From positions 810,001-842,000 of the forward strand of contig CP064992.1 of the NCBI GenBank assembly GCA_016699935.1: DNA of 32,000 bases, in the 5' to 3' direction. This stretch comes from Candidatus Saccharimonadota bacterium (GTDB taxonomy: Bacteria > Patescibacteriota > Saccharimonadia > Saccharimonadales > UBA4665). The notes under the pieces were generated by a model. That model was not told where the DNA came from, made no database searches, and saw only the letters and a program-made list of their open reading frames with translations. This document shows positions 26,370 to 32,000 of the stretch, one piece after another. Made by a program: the position numbers and the translations under genes. Each line of letters begins with the position of its first letter. Within the stretch, counting starts at the first letter, position 1.

Positions 26370-27605
26370 TTATATGTCCCTTACGCTGCCGAAAGGGACT
26401 CGTTTGATGATGACATCCTGCATGTTTGCCATGGTGGCGGGTACAACGGTGTACTCGCCGTAGCGGTCATTTAGGGTGTCTGTTGCTCTGGCGAGCGAGC
26501 GAGTGTTCAGCCTAGTACCGTCGAACAGGCCTAGCTGTAGCGGTGTGACGGGCTGCACGTCGAATGCGGCAATGTTTAGGTGGATGACTCGGGCGGGGAT
26601 TTCTACCAACCTAAAAGGCGCATGATATTTAGGTACAGTTCCTGGGTGGAGTACGCTGCTGCTGGTAAGCGACGACTTTTACCCCACCAGCTGTGGTTTT
26701 CGAAGCCCAGGCCTAAAAATATGCCATTCGCTTGGTAGCCGTGCTGCCGTAGCCGTCGCCCAGTCTTTTCGCAAAGTTTCATTATGAGCTTTGCAATTTT
26801 TTCTGGGTCTGCAGTTTTGTCGCCTACAGCGTAATCATTGCCAAAACTACGCGTGCGAAACTGTTCGGCATCTATTTCGTATCCGCGTAGGCGTAAATAC
26901 CAGTAGTAGCCAGCTATGCTTTTAAAAACCTCTTTTTGAGCTTTACCATAGGCGCCTCCAGAAAGTCTAGCGGTGTGTATATGCCCGCTAGGTTGAGCCG
27001 AGCTGCGTAGCGGTGGTTGATGCCGGGTAGATCCATAAGACCTAGCTGGCCGTATATATTGTGGATGTCGACGTAACGTATGGTGTCTAGCCCGTTTGGT
27101 TTGTCGAGGCTGGCGGCAATTTTTGCCAGGAACCGATTTGGGCCTATGCCTATGTTTACTGTAACGTATTCGCCCAGTTCGTCGTGTATGTCGCGTTTGA
27201 TGGCGCGCCCGACGTCTGCTAAGGGCTGGCCGTTTTGCAGCGCCAGAGAGCCGCTGAATTCCACAACAAATTCATCTATAGATTTTGGCACAACCTTGTT
27301 TGTGTACCGCTCTAGTACCTTTTTGAAGCGCCTGTGGGCGTCGAAATATTTCTCTGGGTCGGGCGTGAGGATGACGATGTTCGGGTCCAGCTTTTGGCGT
27401 CCCGGATGCGCATGAGTTTTATACCCTGCCGCCGAGCTTCGTACGATGAGGCTATTATGAAACCTCCTGGGCTGTCATATGCCGCCACGCCAACTGGTTT
27501 ATGCCGGATTAGTCTGTTTGCCTGTTGCTCTATGATGGCGTAGCAGGAATTGAGATCTATGTGCATGGTGAGGGGTTTGGCAGTGTTAATCGGCAAGTCC
27601 GTCAT
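26370..27605 (-). CDS. Y-family DNA polymerase (UmuC/ImpB-like), split into four pieces by three frameshifts
   Basis: The N-terminus is MHIDLNSCYAIIEQQANRLIRHKPVGVAAYDSPGGFIIASSYEARRQGIK. It continues ..RDAKKLDPNIVILTPDPEKYFDAHRRFKKVLERYTNKVVPKSIDEFVVEF..IGIGPNRFLAKIAASLDKPNGL..LPGINHRYAARLNLAGIYTPLDFL.., then ..YWYLRLRGYEIDAEQF.., and the C-terminus is VIHLNIAAFDVQPVTPLQLGLFD. Two of the three breaks are A4 runs that need to be A5. Confidence 0.8.
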
Positions 27606-27608
27606 GTG

Positions 27609-27851
27609 TTACCTCAGAACCCAGTGCAGATTTGAGCTGTCCAGCCGCAGGCGAAACCACATGGTCTCTGCCTTGTCTGTGAGTTCAAATATATGCTGAC
27701 GTTCTCTGCCCTCAAGAAAGGTGTGATAGTAGTCGACTTTAGCCAATAGGTAGTCATTATTCTGCCAATGCAGCAGATATGGAGTGAAACGTTTATGGCG
27801 GGCGCTGTAGTAACTGACGACGCTTACTTCTTGGTTGATTTTTGCTTTCAT
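27609..27851 (-). CDS. 80-aa protein P1, immediately upstream of (3-nt gap to) the Y-family polymerase
   Basis: AGGAG RBS sits 6 nt before the ATG. It is a paralog of 28761..29015: shared M..INQ.V.V...Y at the N-terminus and (I/L)F(E/D)(L/M)......(F/Y)RL......W.L at the C-terminus. It occupies the position that UmuD or YolD holds in known operons, but I cannot assign it to either family. Confidence 0.55.
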   Translation of the reverse strand: MKAKINQEVSVVSYYSARHKRFTPYLLHWQNNDYLLAKVDYYHTFLEGRERQHIFELTDKAETMWFRLRLDSSNLHWVLR

Positions 27852-27870
27852 TGCATGCTCCTAGTTATGA

Positions 27871-27915
27871 GTTCCGTGCTGGTTATTAGCACAGCTGGCC
27901 AGCACGAAACTCGTG
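27871..27915. promoter_or_regulatory. Inverted-repeat operator candidate in the divergent P1-polymerase / SRAP promoter region
   Basis: GTTCCGTGCTGG (27871-27882) and CCAGCACGAAAC (27899-27910) form a 12-bp inverted repeat with one mismatch. CACGAAACTCGTG (27903-27915) is itself a small palindrome. It abuts TACAAT (27916-27921), which ends 6 nt before the SRAP ATG. Confidence 0.45.
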
Positions 27916-27927
27916 TACAATTTAATT

Positions 27928-28590
27928 ATGTGCGGACGATATACACTAGACGCCTCGGCAGAAGATATCTCGCGTCGTTTTGGCGCCCCTGCTCGGCAGG
28001 TGAAGGTGAGTCCTAGCTACAATGTCTCACCTGGCCAGCTTATGCCAGCTATTACGCTTGAAAGTGATGGAACTCGAGCCATTGAGTTGATGGTGTGGGG
28101 TATTCATCGATTTTTCGGCAAGGATAAGACAAGAGTGCTCATAAACACCAGAGCCGAGAACGCGTTCGGCGGCTTCTGGCGCAAGACAGTTTTCGCTCAG
28201 CGTTGTCTTATACCGGCAACTGGATTTTACGAATGGAAACTTACGAAAGACGGCAAGATTCCCTACTGCATACGCCCCAAGGATGACGCGCTGTATGCCT
28301 TTGCTGGCATATGGGAGGACTGGCAAAACGACGAAGGCCAGCGACTGCGGACGTATTCCATCATGACGAGCGCCGCCAACGAAGAAACAAAATGTATCCA
28401 TGACAGAATGCCCATTGTGCTGCACCGAACGGACGAAGCTGCGTGGCTTGACGTGGCTAGTGGCTCCCAGAATGCGATAGAGAGGCTGCTGTGCCCGTCT
28501 GAAGACGGTAGATTTGAAATGTACGAAGTGGGTACGGCGGTCAATAATCCGCGCAATAACGGTAGCTCGCTGCTACTGTCTGCCAAGTAG
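27928..28590 (+). CDS. yedK: SOS response-associated peptidase (SRAP; YedK/HMCES family)
   Basis: MCGRYTL (catalytic Cys2) ..SYNVSPGQ..MVWG..INTRAE..FYEW...YAFAGIWE..TYSIMTSAANE..IHDRMPIVL. I placed the start at MCGR (27928), not at the track start 27913. Confidence 0.88.
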   Translation: MCGRYTLDASAEDISRRFGAPARQVKVSPSYNVSPGQLMPAITLESDGTRAIELMVWGIHRFFGKDKTRVLINTRAENAFGGFWRKTVFAQRCLIPATGFYEWKLTKDGKIPYCIRPKDDALYAFAGIWEDWQNDEGQRLRTYSIMTSAANEETKCIHDRMPIVLHRTDEAAWLDVASGSQNAIERLLCPSEDGRFEMYEVGTAVNNPRNNGSSLLLSAK

Positions 28591-28764
28591 ACTCACCCAG
28601 GGGTTTGTGATTTCTCGCCATTGCGGCACTACCAATATTCTACGGGGCGTGAGCCTGGGTGCTATGGTGACGTCAAAGGGTGTTTTCAGCGTGACGGCAC
28701 GGGCCCCTGGGAAATAGCGGCGGATTTGCGCGAGGTCTTCATGGAGGTATTGGCGTGTTTTCAT
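28573..28764 (-). CDS. Hypothetical 63-aa ORF overlapping the P2 stop (ATGA)
   Basis: Track ORF. Its 4-nt start/stop overlap with 28761..29015 suggests translational coupling. Its 3' end overlaps the SRAP 3' end. I recognise no family. Confidence 0.25.
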   Translation of the reverse strand: MKTRQYLHEDLAQIRRYFPGARAVTLKTPFDVTIAPRLTPRRILVVPQWREITNPWVSLLGRQ

Positions 28765-29015
28765 ACCGTCGCCCCCTTGGTGCCGAGGAGCGTCCAGCTG
28801 TCGCCTTTCCGGCTGAGCCGGTAGACGAGGCCGTCTTCACTGCGCATATCAAAGAGCTGCAAGGCTTCTTGGCCGCGTTGGACGAGGTAACGCAGGCCGT
28901 CGGCGAACTTGACCGCCCTGCCCTCTAGTTCGATTTCGCGCGGGAAGGTTTTCATGTCGCTGCCGGAAAAGTAGATGGCATTGACGTTGACTGTTTGATT
29001 GATAGTTTGGGTCAT
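28761..29015 (-). CDS. 84-aa protein P2, paralog of P1
   Basis: GGAGA sits 6 nt before the ATG. See P1 for the shared motifs. Confidence 0.5.
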   Translation of the reverse strand: MTQTINQTVNVNAIYFSGSDMKTFPREIELEGRAVKFADGLRYLVQRGQEALQLFDMRSEDGLVYRLSRKGDSWTLLGTKGATV

Positions 29016-29030
29016 GGGTGTCTCCAGTAT

Positions 29031-29065
29031 GAGAGTTAAGAGTTATGAGATAAGAGATAAGATGT
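29031..29065. repeat. Five tandem heptamers (GAGAGTT AAGAGTT ATGAGAT AAGAGAT AAGATGT) 15-50 nt upstream of the P2 start
   Basis: Seen directly. On the coding (minus) strand they read ACATCTT ATCTCTT ATCTCAT AACTCTT AACTCTC. Confidence 0.7.
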
Positions 29066-29322
29066 CGAGACGACAAAAACGCCAGAGAGAGCTCTAGCGG
29101 CGGATTTGGAGGTTTTATGAGATGCCTGTGGCGAGGAGACCGTCTACCCCTGCCCGACTAAGGAATCTGGTATGGCGTAAAGGCGCACAGTGACCGAAGT
29201 ATGCTTGCCTGTATATAAGTCTGTGGGGTAAATCTAGCTGGTAGCCAAAAGTCCTCACATGGCTGGACTACATACTATACGCTTGTGCTTGAGCGGTGCA
29301 TAGTGTAGTTTTGCCAACAAGA

Positions 29323-29500
29323 CACGAGTTTCGCACCAGCCAGCCTGCCGTCCAGCAGAAGCTGGCCGCACCGCTGTCTTCTCCAAACTCCTGCACAGAG
29401 TTTTTTTCCTCTCCAGTACTCTCTTCACCGTACTTTAGTACGGCTCGTTCCGTGCTTCGAGGAGAAAATGCTTTAAGAGCGTGAGAGTGCGAAACTCGTG
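29323..29500. repeat. 14-bp perfect inverted repeat CACGAGTTTCGCAC / GTGCGAAACTCGTG separated by 150 nt
   Basis: The arms are at 29323-29336 and 29487-29500. The left arm plus its flank (CACGAGTTTCGCACCAGCCAGCCTG) resembles the reverse complement of 27891-27915 (CACGAGTTTCGTGCTGGCCAGCTGT). GTTCCGTGCT at 29447-29456 also recurs at 27871-27880. Confidence 0.75.
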
Positions 29501-29568
29501 CAAGATATACGAAGGCTGTACGCGGTGCGGGCTTTCGTGCCTCTACCGTCCAGCGTCTACCCCCTAGC

Positions 29569-29979
29569 CTACTTCTCTGATTCGAGCTTTCTCAGGAATT
29601 CGACTAACTGGCGGGGCGTGATTTCGGCTTTCACGAGGTAGCCGTCCGCCTGATGTTCTATATCGGCGCGGACGTCGTCACGCTGTTCGAGGTTGGTCGT
29701 GATGATGATACGAGCGTGCATCTTAGGAGTTTCACGTGGGTCTCGAAGTGTCCGTAGCACCTCTATGCCAGTTATGTTTGGCACCATGAGGTCGAGGAGG
29801 ATGATGTCATAGGTGTCTGTTTGGGCAGCAGCGAGTCCTTTTTGACCGTCGAGCTGGATATCGACTTCGTAGCCAGCCTTCGTCAGTGCGCGCGCATAGA
29901 GCTCGCTGATGAAAAATTCGTCCTCTATGCAGAGAATTTTTTTGAGCTTGGGTGGTTGTGGGGTGGTGTCTGGTTCCAT
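29569..29979 (-). CDS. Single-domain (CheY-like) response regulator
   Basis: KKILCIEDEFFISELYARALTKAGYEVDIQLDGQKGLAAAQTDTYDIILLDLMVPNITGIEVLR..IIITTNL..ADGYLVK. It is 136 aa with no output domain. Confidence 0.82.
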   Translation of the reverse strand: MEPDTTPQPPKLKKILCIEDEFFISELYARALTKAGYEVDIQLDGQKGLAAAQTDTYDIILLDLMVPNITGIEVLRTLRDPRETPKMHARIIITTNLEQRDDVRADIEHQADGYLVKAEITPRQLVEFLRKLESEK

Positions 29980-29990
29980 AGGTTCCTATC

Positions 29991-31480
29991 TTAGTCCCGG
30001 TAGAGTGAGTGGTTTTTAATCCAGCCGTGGGCTCCCCGGGTTATGCCATTAGTATTGCCTGTTTTGCCTGACTCTGCAAGTGTAGCGTACGGCAAGACGG
30101 TAAACGTGAAGGTACTACCCTCGTCTACCTTGCTGCTGACCGATATTTGGCCGCCGTGTGCCTGAACAATGGCATGGCTAAGGTATAGGCCGAGCCCAGT
30201 GCCGCCTATCTGGGCGCGGTTGCGATGATTTCGGTAAAATTTTTCGAAAATGTGTGGCAAGATAGTTGTGTCTATGCCAAGGCCGAAGTCTTTGACACTG
30301 GTTTCGACCATACCGGCGGCATTGAGGGTGGCGTTAAGGTGAACTTCTTTGGTACCTTTGGAATATTTGATTGCATTGTCGAGCAGGTTGGCGACGACTT
30401 CATAAATGCTGTATCGGTCGACGCCAACGCTTGGTAGGTCTCGGGCGACGGTGGCTTTGATGGTGACACCGCGCACGCCAGCTCGAAGCCGCAAATCATT
30501 TATGACGGAACGGAGGACGTCTTCCCATTTCTCTTCTTTGAGCTGGAGTGTGAGCTGGTTGTCCTCTATTTTGGCAACGTTTAAGATGTTGTCGACGAAT
30601 GCGGCGAGCTGCTGAGCACTGGCATCCATTTTTTCATAAAATCTTTCAATTCGGCACTTAGGCTGGGTCCAAGCTCTTCATCGAATACCTCTATATATCC
30701 GCGAAGAAGCGTTAGAGGTGTGCGTAGCTCGTGGACGGTCAGCGCTACAAAGCTCATTGCCTGGTCGTCTTGGCTGTAGACCTCAGTGTGGTCAAAAAGT
30801 ATGAGGAGCGTTTCGTAGCCCATAGGGTTGTCACTGTTGAAATGTGCGGCGAGGTCGAACTGTTTTGTGTCTTTTTGGCCTGGCAGACCAATCCGGACGC
30901 GCTCCCAGCGCATACTGGCAGTCACGCTCGATCGCCGAACAGTTTGTAGCCAGCTGTGTAAGGTTTGATCGTCGGAAAACGCCATATCGAGAGCGGTGTA
31001 GAGGTTCTTGGTCTCAAGCTCGTCGACCGGCCGTGCGAAATATTGTATGGCGGCTTCATTGGTGTAAACGATATTGTCGTCTTTGTCCAGTACGACCACA
31101 GGTAATGGCAGTGAGTTTGCGAGAAAATTGGCGTGAATATCTTGGATTTTCTTAGCATTTGTCTTTTCGACGTCACTTACAACACTCGCCATCTGATAGA
31201 CATGATTGACAAGGTTGGAAACGAGCTCGCGACCGTACTGCAAGCTATCGATGTTTGGTGATGGCTGGGGTTCGCCGTGCGGTGCAATGTGTTGGACGGC
31301 CTGCCAGATCATGTGGATAGGTTCGGCACTTGCATGGCTGGCGAAGCGAGCAAACAGGACACTGCCACATACCGAAAGAACATACATTGCGATAAGGATG
31401 GTGGTCGTTGATACAGTATCTCTGGTGGCAAGTAACCAGCCTGTTCCAATGACTAATGCCTGAAACACAAACATAATCAA
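29991..31480 (-). CDS. Sensor histidine kinase (TM, PAS-like, HisKA, HATPase_c), one frameshift at a T/A run 30629-30634
   Basis: ORF 30581..31480 ends in the H-box FVALTVHELRTPLTLLRGYIEVF and ..LKDFMKK. ORF 29991..30629 reads MDASAQQLAAFVDNILNVAKIE..NLLDNAIKYS..VKDFGLGI..GGTGLGLYLSHAIVQAHGG. Reading A7 instead of A6 joins them. The start may be at 31527 (MDFFSKYRRQL..) if a T5 run is really T6. Confidence 0.82.
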
Positions 31481-31559
31481 TACGAGCTGGGTCGTGAGCT
31501 GCCGGCGGTATTTGCTGAAAAATCCATAATCTACTGGTATGCTAAGCGGTCTGTGCCAC

Positions 31560-32000
31560 TTAGGAGGTTATCCATGTTTGGCCGGGGTTGAGTGAGAGTG
31601 GTTTGCCGGCGCCGTCAGTGAATGTCAGGGGTGCGGCGGTGTCACTCTTGCTCCAGGTGCCAGTGGTAACGGTACCATCCTGAAACACAAATGCCTGGCC
31701 ACTACCTAGTACGTCGTACTGGGAGTGTTTGTCGCTGGCAACACTGTAAGTCGTGATGATAGCAACGACAACCTTCGGGTGTAACTGAGTTTGTGCGCCC
31801 GTGCTGTCCACGACCATGTGTGCTGCCCCACCTTGGCTGCGGTTGTATGTGTTGCTGGTGGTATCGTAATCGAATCGAGCATTGTATTGCCCGCTTGAGA
31901 TATTGAAATTGATACCGGTGGCGGGTGTGCGTGTGTCAGTTGTGGCAGTTTGTTTCTGATTTGGTGTGGTAGCTGCTGGCGCCTTGTAGGGCTGCTCGTT
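31560..32000 (-). CDS. DUF3048-like protein, C-terminal part (5' end beyond the window)
   Basis: The ORF 31560..31817 tail is GSGQAFVFQDGTVTTGTWSKSDTAAPLTFTDGAGKPLSLNPGQTWI, which matches the DUF3048 C-terminal pattern. The frame stays open to the window end. Confidence 0.55.
   Translation of the reverse strand, partial: NEQPYKAPAATTPNQKQTATTDTRTPATGINFNISSGQYNARFDYDTTSNTYNRSQGGAAHMVVDSTGAQTQLHPKVVVAIITTYSVASDKHSQYDVLGSGQAFVFQDGTVTTGTWSKSDTAAPLTFTDGAGKPLSLNPGQTWITS

Noticed and set aside
28027-28586. Minus-strand track ORFs 28027..28425 and 28263..28586.
   Set aside because: They are antisense to the intact, well-supported SRAP/YedK gene.
29323-29500. Tested the long-range stem region as 6S RNA, SRP RNA, tmRNA or RNase P RNA.
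   Set aside because: I could not find the defining motifs: the SRP GGAA-tetraloop helix 8 sequence, a tmRNA tRNA-like 3' end or tag ORF, or RNase P GGAAAGUCC/ACAGAA. It is left as an unassigned candidate only.
1-32000. Alternative genetic code (UGA or UAG reassignment, as in some candidate phyla) as an explanation for the broken genes.
   Set aside because: The breaks are frameshifts, not in-frame stops. Long intact genes terminate normally with TAA, TAG or TGA. Only one in-frame TAG was seen (~4595-4597), in an already frameshifted gene.

Overview
The window looks like a small, gene-dense chromosome of Gram-positive-like or Patescibacteria (Saccharibacteria-like) type. That taxonomic guess rests on gene content only and cannot be verified here.

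Housekeeping genes:
- pth, der, an RsuA/RluB-family pseudouridine synthase, tRNA-Glu(CUC), rlmH, and two histidine-kinase/receiver pairs.

Accessory tract 1 (~4.9-10.7 kb):
- It sits at the 3' end of the pseudouridine synthase gene.
- It contains three diverged direct copies of that gene's 3' end.
- It also contains a 5.4 kb segment bounded by ~85-bp inverted repeats, carrying an ABC exporter, a LysM tandem-repeat protein and small membrane proteins.

Accessory tract 2 (~14.5-23.7 kb):
- It starts with a ~4.5 kb island integrated in tRNA-Glu.
- The island carries a large serine recombinase, a DUF5681 phage-like gene and an archaeal/eukaryal-type AspRS preceded by a T-box leader.
- The island is followed by single hypothetical genes separated by copies of a GC-rich hairpin repeat family.

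Damage-tolerance cluster (26.4-29.0 kb):
- An 80-aa protein translationally coupled to a UmuC-like Y-family polymerase, divergent from an SRAP/YedK gene.
- A second small-protein paralog nearby, and a shared 13-14 nt motif in the regulatory regions.

Caveat on broken genes:
- Many genes are broken by frameshifts.
- At least 12 of the breaks I could resolve by eye are single-base losses in homopolymer runs.
- Much of the apparent pseudogenisation is therefore probably assembly error.

Not found: rRNA, CRISPR array, or a transposase.
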